Shown here in pieces: positions 1 to 9,712 of a stretch of 64,000 nt of DNA. The notes below the pieces were generated by a model, which saw only the letters and a program-made list of their open reading frames with translations, was not told the origin of the DNA and searched no databases. Within the stretch, counting starts at the first letter, position 1. Each line of letters starts with the position of its first letter. The stretch lies in the NCBI GenBank assembly GCA_965215605.1, contig OZ244070.1:672001-736000 (forward strand), read 5' to 3'. Source of the DNA: an uncultured Candidatus Binatia bacterium. GTDB lineage: Bacteria; Desulfobacterota; Binatia; UBA9968; JAJDTQ01. The position numbers and the translations under genes were made by a program.

Positions 1-663
1 GGCCGTTTCCCTCACAATTTCCGCGATCTGACGATGATCGCCGGCACCATCGGGGACTACCAGGCGCTCATCACGGGCAAGAACAGCCCCTACAAGAACT
101 TCGCCGACGTGGTGGCGGCCTACAAGAAGGACCCGAAGAAGGTATCCGTGGGCGGCGGTTCGGTGCCCGGATCGTTGGACCACCTGGTTGCCGCCATGGC
201 CTTTCAGGCGGCCGGCGCCGATCCGACCAAGGTCAAGTACATTCCCTATGACGCGGGCGGCAAGCTGAACGCGGCCATCCTGTCCGGCGAGGTCTCCGCC
301 GGCTCCACCGGCTTCTCGGAGGCCGTGGCGCTGGCGAAGGCCGGAGAGATGCGCATTCTGGCGGTGACCTCGCCAGCTCGCGTGCCCGCGTTCAAGGACG
401 CGCCGACCCTGAAGGAGCAAGGCTTCGACGTGACCTTCGTCAACTGGCGCGGCTTCTTCGGCGCCCCGGGGCTGCCGGCGGACAAGGCGGACCAGTACCG
501 CAAGGCCCTCGCGGCGATGTATGCCACGCCCGAATGGAAGGCCGTGCGGGACCGCAACGGCTGGGTGGACATCCACAACCCCGGCGACAAGTTCAGCGCG
601 TTCCTGGAAAACCAGGAGAAAGTGATCAAGAAGTTGATGCAGCAGCTCGGCTTCCTGAAGTAA
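1..663 (+). CDS. tctC: Tripartite tricarboxylate transporter substrate-binding protein (5'-truncated by window edge)
   Basis: Bug/TctC-like motifs (GSLDHL, PTLKEQG, NWRGFFGAPGLP); followed by TctB- and TctA-like genes. Confidence 0.9.
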   Translation, partial: GRFPHNFRDLTMIAGTIGDYQALITGKNSPYKNFADVVAAYKKDPKKVSVGGGSVPGSLDHLVAAMAFQAAGADPTKVKYIPYDAGGKLNAAILSGEVSAGSTGFSEAVALAKAGEMRILAVTSPARVPAFKDAPTLKEQGFDVTFVNWRGFFGAPGLPADKADQYRKALAAMYATPEWKAVRDRNGWVDIHNPGDKFSAFLENQEKVIKKLMQQLGFLK

Positions 664-742
664 CCACCCGCCGTCCGGGGCGTCCTCGGTGACGCTCCGG
701 ACCTCCCCCCCCTCCGCGTGCGCAACGAGCAGGAGTGGATTC

Positions 743-1228
743 ATGACTCTCGAACGCGCCATCGCCCTGATCTTCGTCGTCGTTTGCGTGGCCTACGGGT
801 ACACGGCCTTTGTGGTGATGGAGGCCTCGCTCCTCCCGTTCGAGCGCAACATGACCTTCCTGCCCAACGTGCTGCCGAAATGGCTGAGCGTCATCGGGGC
901 GGTGGTGGGGCTCGCCGTGCTGGTCCAGTCCGGTCCGGGAACTGGCGGCCAGGCCGCCGACGACGACATCGACATCGGCAACCTGCGGCAGTACAAGCTC
1001 GGCCAGGCGGTGCTGCTGCTGGTGCTCATGGTCGCCTACGCGCTGCTGCTTCGACCCGTGGGCTTCGTGACCACCACGACACTCTTCCTGGTCCTCGGGG
1101 CGGTGATTCTCGGCGAGCGACGCTACCTCCTCCTCGTTCCGGTTGCGGTGCTGGCGGCGTTCCTGATCTGGTACCTGGTGCAGGAAGTGCTCGGCATCTT
1201 CCTTCGCCCATGGCCCTGGTTCCTATAG
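743..1228 (+). CDS. tctB: Tripartite tricarboxylate transporter small membrane subunit
   Basis: About 160 aa with 4-5 TM segments; AGGAG RBS at 731-735 before ATG 743; lies between tctC and tctA. Confidence 0.85.
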   Translation: MTLERAIALIFVVVCVAYGYTAFVVMEASLLPFERNMTFLPNVLPKWLSVIGAVVGLAVLVQSGPGTGGQAADDDIDIGNLRQYKLGQAVLLLVLMVAYALLLRPVGFVTTTTLFLVLGAVILGERRYLLLVPVAVLAAFLIWYLVQEVLGIFLRPWPWFL

Positions 1229-1241
1229 GGAGGACGGCCTG

Positions 1242-2762
1242 ATGATTGAAGGAATCCTCGCCGGTCTGTCCACCGCCTTCAGCATTCAGAACCTCCTCAT
1301 GGTCGTTGCCGGGTGCCTGATCGGAACTCTGATCGGCATGCTGCCGGGCCTCGGCCCCATGTCGATCATCGCCATCATGATCCCCATCGCCATACAGATC
1401 GGCGACCCCGCGGCCGCGCTGATCCTGTTGGCAGGCGTGTACTACGGCGCCATCTTCGGCGGCTCCACGTCCTCCATCCTCATCAACGCGCCAGGCGTGG
1501 CCGGCACCGTCGCCACGGCGTTCGACGGCTACCCCATGGCGCGTCAGGGGCAGGCCGGCAAGGCCCTGACCGTCGCGGCCATCGGGTCTTTCTCCGGCGG
1601 CACCATCGGCGCCATCCTGCTGATGGGGTTCGCGCCGGGGTTGGCCACCGTGGCGCTGCTGTTCCACTCCGCCGAGTATTTCGCGCTGATGGTGGTGGGC
1701 CTCGCCGCCATCGCCGCCTTCGCGGGCTCGGGCCAGGTCGCCAAGGCCTTGATGATGACCGTCCTGGGCGTGATGCTGGCCACCGTGGGCGAAAGCGCCC
1801 TGTTCAACGCACCGCGCTTCACCTTCGGTATCCAGGATCTGCAGAGCGGCATCAGCTTCATTACGCTGGCCATGGCGCTGTTCGCGTTGCCCGAGGCCCT
1901 GTACCTGGTCCTCAACCCGAAGCGTTCGGAACGCGAGGGAGACGACGGCCGCAAAATCGCCAACCTGCGCATCACGCGCGAAGAGGCCAGGGAGATCGCC
2001 CCGGTCATCGGCCGCCAGTCGCTCCAGGGTTTCTTCATCGGGGTGATGCCGGGCGCGGGGGCGACCATCGCATCGTTCCTCGGCTACGCGGTGGAACGCA
2101 ACATCGCCAAGGGGGAGGACCGGGCCAAGTTCGGCAAGGGTTCCATCAAGGGACTTGCCGCTCCGGAAACCGCCAACAACGCGGCCTGCACCGGCTCGTT
2201 CGTGCCGCTGCTCACCCTGGGCATTCCCGGGTCCGGCACCACCGCCATCCTGCTGGGCGCCCTCATCGCCCTCAACGTGGCGCCGGGGCCGCGCCTGATG
2301 GTGGACAATCCCTCCATCTTCTGGGCGGTGATCATTTCCATGTACCTCGGCAACGTCGTGCTGCTGATCCTCAACCTGCCGCTGATCCCGTACATCGCCA
2401 AGCTGCTGGAGATCCCCCGCAACTACCTGATCCCGTTCATCCTGTTCTTCACCATGATGGGCAGCTACATCGGCCAGAACAACGCCACCGAACTGCTGCT
2501 GCTCACCGGCATGGGGCTCGTGGCCACCGTCATGCGCATGGCCGGCTATCCGCTGGCGCCGATGCTCATCGGGTTCATTCTCGGGCCGCTGCTGGAAAAC
2601 AACTTCGCCCGTGCCATGAACCTCACCGACGGCATCAGCTTCATCTGGCAGCGGCCCATGACCCTGGCGCTGCTGGTCTTCGCGGTGGTGCTGATCTTCC
2701 TCCCGTCCATCCGCGCGGGCCTCGGACGGCTCAAGGGAAATGAAGCGGCCCAGGGCGACTGA
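1242..2762 (+). CDS. tctA: Tripartite tricarboxylate transporter large membrane subunit
   Basis: GMLPGLG, GAIFGGS, APETANNA, LTLGIPGS motifs; 506 aa polytopic membrane protein. Confidence 0.95.
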   Translation: MIEGILAGLSTAFSIQNLLMVVAGCLIGTLIGMLPGLGPMSIIAIMIPIAIQIGDPAAALILLAGVYYGAIFGGSTSSILINAPGVAGTVATAFDGYPMARQGQAGKALTVAAIGSFSGGTIGAILLMGFAPGLATVALLFHSAEYFALMVVGLAAIAAFAGSGQVAKALMMTVLGVMLATVGESALFNAPRFTFGIQDLQSGISFITLAMALFALPEALYLVLNPKRSEREGDDGRKIANLRITREEAREIAPVIGRQSLQGFFIGVMPGAGATIASFLGYAVERNIAKGEDRAKFGKGSIKGLAAPETANNAACTGSFVPLLTLGIPGSGTTAILLGALIALNVAPGPRLMVDNPSIFWAVIISMYLGNVVLLILNLPLIPYIAKLLEIPRNYLIPFILFFTMMGSYIGQNNATELLLLTGMGLVATVMRMAGYPLAPMLIGFILGPLLENNFARAMNLTDGISFIWQRPMTLALLVFAVVLIFLPSIRAGLGRLKGNEAAQGD

Positions 2763-2942
2763 CGGAGCCGCCATGAGCACTTGAACCGGCCGGCGCGGAC
2801 TTGGGGCGGAACACATCGGCAGCCTGGTCCACCCGGGCGCGCTGCGGGAGGTCTTCCTCCGGTACGACCGGGGCGAGGCCTCGGAACAGGAGCTGTTCCG
2901 AGCTCAGGATGAAGCCATCGCGCCCTGCCGACGGCGGCGGCG

Positions 2943-3791
2943 CTACCGCCCCGGCGCGATGGCGGCCTGCCCGGCCTGGGGCCAGGCCACGGGCGCGCTC
3001 GCCTTGGACAAGCGCTCTTCCAGCGGCAGGCTCTCGTCCCAATGGTGGGCAATGAAGCGGCGGCCGTTGATGCCGTCGGACGCCTCGGAAGCGAGCCACA
3101 CCACCGGCTTCTCCATGACCGGCGGCTGGATGAGCTGATCCCGGGGGTAGGGAGCGTCCTGGGGTATGAGGTTGGTGTTGGCCGGTCCGCCCGGCACCAG
3201 CACGTTGGCCGTGACGCCCGTGTCCTGCAGCTCCTGGCACAGGGTGGCCATGAAGGCTTCGTGGCCCGCCTTGGACGGCCCGTAAGGCGAGCCGTGCGCC
3301 CGGTACATGGTATCCAGGCTGGTGGTGACGCCGATGATCCGGCCCCAACCCTTCTCGATCATGTGCCCGACGGCGGCGCGCACCATGTAGAAGGGACCTC
3401 CGCAGTTCACCGCGAATACCCGGACCCATGCCTCGGGGGAGACCTCCCAGCACTTCTCGCGGAACTCGGAAGTCAGGCCCACGTTGCGCGGGTTGGTGCC
3501 GGCGTTGTTGACAAGGATGTCCAGGCCGCCCAGGTCGGAGATGGCGGTGCCCACCGCCCTTGCCGCACTCTCCCAACTACTCACGCTTTCCACGATGGGC
3601 AGGACGCTGTCCTTGCCGGCCACGGCGCACACCTCGTCCGCCGTGCGGTTGACCCACTCCTCGCTGACGTCCATCATGGCCACGCGCGCTCCCGCGGCGG
3701 TCAGGGCGAACGTCATGCGCCGGCCGAAGCCGATGGGGCTGCCGGCCCCGGTCACCAACGCCACTTTTCCTTCCAAGGGTTTGTCAGCCAT
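2943..3791 (-). CDS. SDR family oxidoreductase
   Basis: LEGKVALVTGAG Rossmann motif, LDILVNNAG, YGPSK (YxxxK). Confidence 0.9.
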   Translation of the reverse strand: MADKPLEGKVALVTGAGSPIGFGRRMTFALTAAGARVAMMDVSEEWVNRTADEVCAVAGKDSVLPIVESVSSWESAARAVGTAISDLGGLDILVNNAGTNPRNVGLTSEFREKCWEVSPEAWVRVFAVNCGGPFYMVRAAVGHMIEKGWGRIIGVTTSLDTMYRAHGSPYGPSKAGHEAFMATLCQELQDTGVTANVLVPGGPANTNLIPQDAPYPRDQLIQPPVMEKPVVWLASEASDGINGRRFIAHHWDESLPLEERLSKASAPVAWPQAGQAAIAPGR

Positions 3792-3904
3792 CAGCAGGTG
3801 CCTCCTGTTCCGTGATCTTTCGAACCGCACGCGTCACCGCGCGCCACGAAGGACCCTACACCGGCGACCTGCAACATACAAATTGGCGGCAGGAGGACGG
3901 TTCC

Positions 3905-5107
3905 TTAGCGCGGCGTTTCCAGCCGCGCCTCCAGGAAAGCGGGCCGGGCCGCGTTCCGGACGCGCGGGGGCCGTGCGCCGCCTGCGTCGAGGAGTCCCCG
4001 CAGGAAGGCGTCCTGGCGCTCCCGGGCGGCCCGCAGGGGAATGCCCCGGATCATGACGGCGAACAGCGTCCGCCCGAACTTCCGGGTGTACGCGACCCCG
4101 GCCAGGCTCGAGATCCGGAGCACGCGCACCGTCCCCGACTTGCCGGCCACGGCCCCGCGGTAGCGAGACTCCGCGAGCCGGTACTCCAGGGTGCCCGGAG
4201 TCAAGCCGGCCACCGGCAACACGTCCGGGAAGGACAGACCACGCGCAGCGAGGGTGCTCTCCAGCGCCTGGAACATGGCCACGGTGGCGCGCGGGGTCAG
4301 TTGGTTCGTCCTGCCGTCGCCCGCCGCGTTGTCGATGACCATCGAAGCCCGGGGGACCCCTCGAACGCTTTCCCGGAGGATGCGCTGGACGGTTTCCGGC
4401 CCGCCGATCCGGTACGAGAATTCATGGAAATTGTCGTTGGAGTGGCTGTTGAAATCCTTGAGGTGCCGCAGCAAGGGCGGCGACGCGTGCACCACCAGGA
4501 CACGCACCCGGCGCTGTTCCCGGGCGACCCGGCGGCCGAACCGGAGCTTGTAGTCTTCCAGCGGCAGGGGCTTGCCCGGGGACACCGCGGCGGTCACCGC
4601 CGGCCAGCGCTGGGCGCCCAGGCGACCCGTCCACGCGCGCTTGAGCCGGTCCCCGGCGGGATCGGGAGTCCAGTCGAAGTAGAACGGCCCCTCGACCCGG
4701 ATGGCGCCGTTGACCCGGCGTACACCCTCTTTCCGGAGCCTCAACAGGACCAGGAACGCGTTCTCGAACAGGAAATAGGGGTCGCCCTCCGCCCGGACCA
4801 CGAGGTCTCCCTGAAGGGTCCCATCGGCCAGGGGGCCGGCGGCGAGGAACGTCGTGCGAAAACGGCGCTCCGGCGGAAGTTTCGAGAGAAAGGCCAGCGT
4901 CGTCGCCACCTTCGTAACCGAGGCGGGGTGGTACGCGCGCCTGGAGTTCAACGCCGCCAGCGCCCTGCCGTCCTCCGCGCGCACGAAGACTCCGTGGTCG
5001 GCGCCTATCCGCGTCCGCGCCAGCGATTGCAACGGCAACTCGGCCGCGGACGCCGGCGCGGCGAAGAGGTGAACGGCCAGGAACGCCAGCCCCAGCGGTC
5101 GGTACAT
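3905..5107 (-). CDS. dacB: D-Ala-D-Ala carboxypeptidase/endopeptidase (peptidase S13, PBP4/DacB-like)
   Basis: Signal peptide, PASVTK (SxxK), GDPYF, AGKSGT (KS/TG). Confidence 0.8.
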   Translation of the reverse strand: MYRPLGLAFLAVHLFAAPASAAELPLQSLARTRIGADHGVFVRAEDGRALAALNSRRAYHPASVTKVATTLAFLSKLPPERRFRTTFLAAGPLADGTLQGDLVVRAEGDPYFLFENAFLVLLRLRKEGVRRVNGAIRVEGPFYFDWTPDPAGDRLKRAWTGRLGAQRWPAVTAAVSPGKPLPLEDYKLRFGRRVAREQRRVRVLVVHASPPLLRHLKDFNSHSNDNFHEFSYRIGGPETVQRILRESVRGVPRASMVIDNAAGDGRTNQLTPRATVAMFQALESTLAARGLSFPDVLPVAGLTPGTLEYRLAESRYRGAVAGKSGTVRVLRISSLAGVAYTRKFGRTLFAVMIRGIPLRAARERQDAFLRGLLDAGGARPPRVRNAARPAFLEARLETPR

Positions 5108-5211
5108 CGTTTCCCTAACGGACATGGGACATGGAGGATAACGACGCTTCGCGAAACGCACAACACTCCGGCCCCTTGCGGCCCCGGACAGGCCGGAGTA
5201 TTCAAGGACGC

Positions 5212-6189
5212 ATGGGCGTCTTGATCGACGGGAAGTGGCACGAGGACGGCCAGGTGCAGACGGACTCCCGCGGGAGCTTCGTTCGAGACGACTCCGTCTT
5301 CCGCAACTGGATCACCATGGACGGCGCGCCGGGAACCACCGGCGAGGGCGGCTTCGGCGCGGAGGCCGGCCGCTACCACCTGTTCGTCTCGCCGTCGTGT
5401 CCGTGGGCGCACCGGGCCATGCTCCTGCGCAAGCTGAAGAAGCTCGAAGACGTGGTCTCCATGTCCACCGCGGACCGGCCCAAGACCGCGAGCTGGTCCT
5501 ATTCCCGGGGCATCGACGACCTGCAGGCCGGCCGCGACGGCATCTTCCGGCTCCACCAGGTCTACACCGCCGCCAAGCCGGACTACACGGGGAAGGTTAC
5601 GGTCCCGACCCTATGGGACCGCCAACGCCGCACCATCGTCAACAACGAGTCGTCCGAAATCATCCGCATGTTCAACGCCGCCTTCGACGGCCTGACCGAC
5701 GCGGGGCAGGACTACTATCCGGCCGACCGGCGCGAGGAGATCGACCGCATCAACGACTTCGTCTACGAGCACGTGAACAACGGCGTGTACCGGGCGGGCT
5801 TCGCCAAGTCGCAGGCAGCGTACGAGGAGGCGGTCAAGAAGGTGTTCCACGGCCTCGACACCATGGAGGGGTGGTTGTCCCAACGCCGCTACCTCGCCGG
5901 CGACCGGATCACCGAGGCGGACTGGCGCGCGTTCCCGACGCTGCTGCGCTTCGACCTCGTCTACCACGGCCACTTCAAGTGCAACCTGCGGCGCATCCAG
6001 GACTACACCCACCTGCGGGGCTACCTGCGGGAGCTCTACCAGTGGCCGGGAGTGCGGGAGACCTGCGACCTCGACAGGATCAAGGCCGGCTACTACGGCA
6101 GCCAGTCCCATGTGAACCCCACGGGCATCGTGCCCCTGGGCCCGTCCATGGACCACCTGAACCAACCGCACGGACGGGGCGGACTGTAA
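5212..6189 (+). CDS. Glutathionyl-hydroquinone reductase (YqjG/Xi-class GST)
   Basis: CPWAHR, VTVPTLWD, IVNNESSEIIRM, NNGVYRAGFA motifs. Confidence 0.92.
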   Translation: MGVLIDGKWHEDGQVQTDSRGSFVRDDSVFRNWITMDGAPGTTGEGGFGAEAGRYHLFVSPSCPWAHRAMLLRKLKKLEDVVSMSTADRPKTASWSYSRGIDDLQAGRDGIFRLHQVYTAAKPDYTGKVTVPTLWDRQRRTIVNNESSEIIRMFNAAFDGLTDAGQDYYPADRREEIDRINDFVYEHVNNGVYRAGFAKSQAAYEEAVKKVFHGLDTMEGWLSQRRYLAGDRITEADWRAFPTLLRFDLVYHGHFKCNLRRIQDYTHLRGYLRELYQWPGVRETCDLDRIKAGYYGSQSHVNPTGIVPLGPSMDHLNQPHGRGGL

Positions 6190-6209
6190 ACGTAACAAGG
6201 AGACCGATC

Positions 6210-6929
6210 ATGAGCGAACGCGTATGGGAGCGCTTTCTTACGGAACAGGACAAGGCCCACGTGGCGATGAAGGCCCCGAGGCCCATCGGCTTCGGCAAGA
6301 AGCCCGCCCTGCTCCTCATCGACCTTTACCGCTGGGTCTTCGGCGACAAGCCCGAGTCCGTGCTGGAAGCCACCAAGGAATGGCCCGGGAGCTGCGGCAT
6401 GGCCGGGTGGAACGCCATCCCCCACATCCAGAAGCTGCTGGCAACGGCGCGCGAGGTGGGCATTCCCGTCATCCACATCTCCGGCCTGCCCGAGGCCGGC
6501 GTCGACGAGTGGTCGTTCCGGCGTGACGCGGGAACCGACAACCTCTCGGCCGAAGCCCTGGAACGGCGGCGCACGAAGTTCGACATCATCGACGAGGTGC
6601 AGCCGCAGTCGGGAGAGGCGGTGCTGCGCAAGCTCTCGCCCAGCGCCTTCTGGGGCACCCCGCTGGTGGCGCACCTGAACCAGCACGGCATCGACACCGT
6701 CATCGCCTGCGGCGAGAGCACCAGCGGCTGCGTGCGCGCCAGCGTGGTGGACGGCTGCACCTACCGCTTCCGCATGGTGGTGGCCGAGGAATGCGTGTTC
6801 GACCGGCACGAGGCCTGCCACGCCATCAACCTGTTCGACATGCACCAGAAGTACGCCGACGTGCTGCCGCTGGACGACATCGTGCAGTACCTGCACGCGT
6901 GGCGCGCGGAGCGGCCGGCGGAAGCGTGA
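6210..6929 (+). CDS. Isochorismatase-family cysteine hydrolase
   Basis: PALLLIDL, K..PSAFWGT, ESTSGCVRASVVD (D-K-C triad); AGGAG RBS; true start is inside the 5235 ORF. Confidence 0.9.
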   Translation: MSERVWERFLTEQDKAHVAMKAPRPIGFGKKPALLLIDLYRWVFGDKPESVLEATKEWPGSCGMAGWNAIPHIQKLLATAREVGIPVIHISGLPEAGVDEWSFRRDAGTDNLSAEALERRRTKFDIIDEVQPQSGEAVLRKLSPSAFWGTPLVAHLNQHGIDTVIACGESTSGCVRASVVDGCTYRFRMVVAEECVFDRHEACHAINLFDMHQKYADVLPLDDIVQYLHAWRAERPAEA

Positions 6930-6973
6930 GTCGCGCCCGCGGCCGCGCCCGGCACGAAACGCCACCCCACCCT

Positions 6974-6999
6974 GTCGTTCCCGCGAAAGCGGGAATGAC
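6974..6999. repeat. REP-like palindrome (GTCnTTCCCGCGAAAGCGGGAAT type) between convergent genes
   Basis: GTCGTTCCCGC-GAAA-GCGGGAATGAC hairpin with a GAAA tetraloop. Confidence 0.7.
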
Positions 7000-7016
7000 G
7001 TTCCGGAACTCTCAGG

Positions 7017-8159
7017 TCAGCCGTTGGACAGGTTGCTGGGGCGGCCATTTTCCGGCAGCTTCACGCCGCCCTCGCCCGCGGCCTGACGCAGCCGGTCCCA
7101 CTCGTCCCTGAAGCCGAAGGTATGGCCGCGGAAATGCGGCACGACGTAGCGGGCGAACAGCTCCAGGGATCGGCGCAGGTTCTGGCTGCCGGTCCACTCG
7201 TGGGTGGTGAGCATCAGGCCGCCGAAGCCGCCGGTCTCCTGCTGCATGCGCTCGATGTGGCGGATGGCGTCGTCCGGGGTGCCGATGATCCAGTCCCGCC
7301 GGTCCGCGGCGGAACGGGCCGTGATCTCCGACGCCGGCTGGTCGGGATAGGACTCGTAGGGCCTCTTGAGGCCGATGGCGAAGAAGTACTGCATGTCCCG
7401 GGCGATGCCCGCCTCCACGTCGGCCCAGGCCTGCTCGCGCGTCTCGGCCAGGTAGACGCTGGTGGCGATGCGCCAGTTGTCCCGGTTGGCGGTCTTGCCA
7501 TACCTGGCGGCGGCGGCCTCCACGGTCTTCCACTGCTCGGAGTGGGCCGGGTTGCGCCAGCGGTTCTTGCCCGCGGGGGACAGCAGCATCATGTCGTGCT
7601 TGCCCACCATCTCGAGGCTCTCGGAGGTTCCCGAGGAGGCGACGGCCAGGGGCATGCGCGGCCGCTGATACGAACGGAGTTGCAGCCGCATGCCCTCGAA
7701 GCTCCAGAACTCGCCGTGGTGGTCGATGGGCTCGGGCGACTCCAGCAGCCGCACAATGACCTCCACCGACTCGTTCAGCATGGCATGGAGCTTCTCGTTG
7801 GGAAGGCCGAACAGCTTCTTGTCGGTGACCAGCGCGCTCGGCCCCACGCCCAGGATGGCCCGCCCGCGGGTCAGGTGGTCGAGGAAGGCCATGCGCTCGG
7901 CCACGTGGAACGGATGGTGGAACGGCGTGTTGATGACCGAGGTGCCGAGGCGTATGCGCTTGGCGTGGGCCGCGGCCTTGGCCAGCGCCAACTCCGGCGC
8001 CGGCATGTTCTCCCAGCCCCCGGAATGGTGCTCGCCGATGAAGAACTCGTCGAAGTCCAGTTCCTCGGCGTAGTGGATGAGCGAGATGTCCCGGTCGAAG
8101 GCCAGCGCCGGGTTCTCCGACGGGAGATGGATCGGCATCATGAAAAAGGAAAACTTCAT
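7017..8159 (-). CDS. Luciferase-like (LLM class) flavin-dependent monooxygenase, LimB-like
   Basis: GEHHSGGWE, IRLGTSV, HHPFHVAER..LDHLTRGR; start overlaps the stop of the upstream gene. Confidence 0.9.
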   Translation of the reverse strand: MKFSFFMMPIHLPSENPALAFDRDISLIHYAEELDFDEFFIGEHHSGGWENMPAPELALAKAAAHAKRIRLGTSVINTPFHHPFHVAERMAFLDHLTRGRAILGVGPSALVTDKKLFGLPNEKLHAMLNESVEVIVRLLESPEPIDHHGEFWSFEGMRLQLRSYQRPRMPLAVASSGTSESLEMVGKHDMMLLSPAGKNRWRNPAHSEQWKTVEAAAARYGKTANRDNWRIATSVYLAETREQAWADVEAGIARDMQYFFAIGLKRPYESYPDQPASEITARSAADRRDWIIGTPDDAIRHIERMQQETGGFGGLMLTTHEWTGSQNLRRSLELFARYVVPHFRGHTFGFRDEWDRLRQAAGEGGVKLPENGRPSNLSNG

Positions 8160-8161
8160 CG

Positions 8162-9523
8162 TCATACCTCGAAGTAGCCGCCGGCGATGGCGTCGTTCCA
8201 CAGCTTGACGGCGGCCGGCGCGACCCCGTGCGGCAACCCCTCCTCTGCCTTCCAGAAGGCGTGCACGCCGGCGCCGAGGTGCGTCAGATGGGTCCTCGGC
8301 GCGGGCCGCATGGCGGCGAACGCGGGCAAGATCACTTCCCGGTAGACATCGGGGCTGTGGTCCCGGCTGTCCTTGGTGATAATGAACAGGAATGGCGGCA
8401 GCGGCGGCGCGTCCGGCCCGGACAGCTCCCGCGGATAGCCCCGGTAACGCTCCATCAACGCCTGGGTCTCGTCGGCATTCATGCCGAGGCGCCCGGCGCT
8501 GACCCTGGCGGCCTCGGTCAACGACGCGGCGATGTCGTGGGTGATCACATATTCCGCCTTGAACTGCGGACGGGCCTTCCCCCGGTCCCAGTTGTCCAGG
8601 ATCTCTTCCATCAGCATGGGCAGTTGCATCAGCGCCGCCGGCCCCTGCTGCCCCAGGGCCTCGGGCCCGGCGTAGCGCGCCAGGTCGCGCCAGGTGCGGA
8701 TGTACAGCTCGTTGAACGGGTCGCTCCGGACGGCGTCGTCGGTGCTCACCCGCTCGAAGCCGGAGACCTTCCCCAGCGAGCCGCTCCAGTTGTCCCGCAT
8801 GGCGCCCACGTGGCCGAAGGGCGTGTGCTCGGTGGCCACCACGCCGACGAAATTGGGCACGCGCTGGGACAGCATGGAGACGAAGGGCCCGCCGGTGGAG
8901 TGGCCTTCGCCGTAGATGGAAAACGTCCCTTCCGGCAGGTGCCTGCGCATGGCCTCCTTCATGCCCTCCTCGAAGGCCACGGGCCACGCCGCCATGCGGT
9001 AGTAGAAGTTGGTGCCGGGTTTGGCCCTGGCGACGGTCCGGGTGCCGTAGCGCGGCCGCATGGACACGTCCCGGGTGACCTCGTACTCGTCGCGCCCGAT
9101 GGGCTCGCCCTGCTTCCAGATGGGCGTGCGGACGCCGCCGTCGGCGTGGATGGTGTCGTCCGGCCAGTCCCGGCTCGCGTCCGGGAAGTAGAAGCGCCCC
9201 GGAAAGGTGCCGCTCAAGACCTTGAAACCGAACTTGCCGGCGGCCAGCGTGGCGACCCGGTCCATGGTCTTGTAGTCGCCCGAGCCGCCGTGGAGCAGAA
9301 AGATCCCCACCCTCCTGCCGTCGGCGCCGCAAGGGATCCTGGCTTCGTCCCGGGGCTGGTAGATCGCCATGCCGAGGTCCCATTCCATACCGAGGGCGTC
9401 GATCCGGACGATATCTTCCTCGACGCTCAACGAGATATCGGGCATGGACAGCACCGCGTCGGAGTCGCGGATGATCTGCTCGCGGGAGACCGCGGCCGGC
9501 AGTTCGATCTGTGAAACGGTCAT
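8162..9523 (-). CDS. Putative alpha/beta-hydrolase fold protein
   Basis: LLHGGSG oxyanion-like motif, GHSTG nucleophile elbow, late Asp (KDSRD) and His (GVH). Confidence 0.6.
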   Translation of the reverse strand: MTVSQIELPAAVSREQIIRDSDAVLSMPDISLSVEEDIVRIDALGMEWDLGMAIYQPRDEARIPCGADGRRVGIFLLHGGSGDYKTMDRVATLAAGKFGFKVLSGTFPGRFYFPDASRDWPDDTIHADGGVRTPIWKQGEPIGRDEYEVTRDVSMRPRYGTRTVARAKPGTNFYYRMAAWPVAFEEGMKEAMRRHLPEGTFSIYGEGHSTGGPFVSMLSQRVPNFVGVVATEHTPFGHVGAMRDNWSGSLGKVSGFERVSTDDAVRSDPFNELYIRTWRDLARYAGPEALGQQGPAALMQLPMLMEEILDNWDRGKARPQFKAEYVITHDIAASLTEAARVSAGRLGMNADETQALMERYRGYPRELSGPDAPPLPPFLFIITKDSRDHSPDVYREVILPAFAAMRPAPRTHLTHLGAGVHAFWKAEEGLPHGVAPAAVKLWNDAIAGGYFEV

Positions 9524-9712
9524 GGGGCTCCTCCCGCAGTCTCTCTACTACAGACGGCCACCGCCTGCCACAGGATTGCCGACGGTCGGGGTTGCCGGCG
9601 GTCGGCCACACGGCCCGGTCCGCGTCGCGTCCCGGAAGTTGTCGTGCCTTGCCGACTACAGGGAATCCTGCGCATAGTGGTCTGCGAGCTTCAGGTGGAG
9701 GACACTGGCGTC

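Noticed and set aside
5235-9611. Apparent long fusions 5235-6929 and 7017-9611 (also 20487-22598 and 39575-40339)
   Set aside because: Upstream extensions are off-frame overlaps with neighbouring genes; real starts have their own RBS or coupled stops
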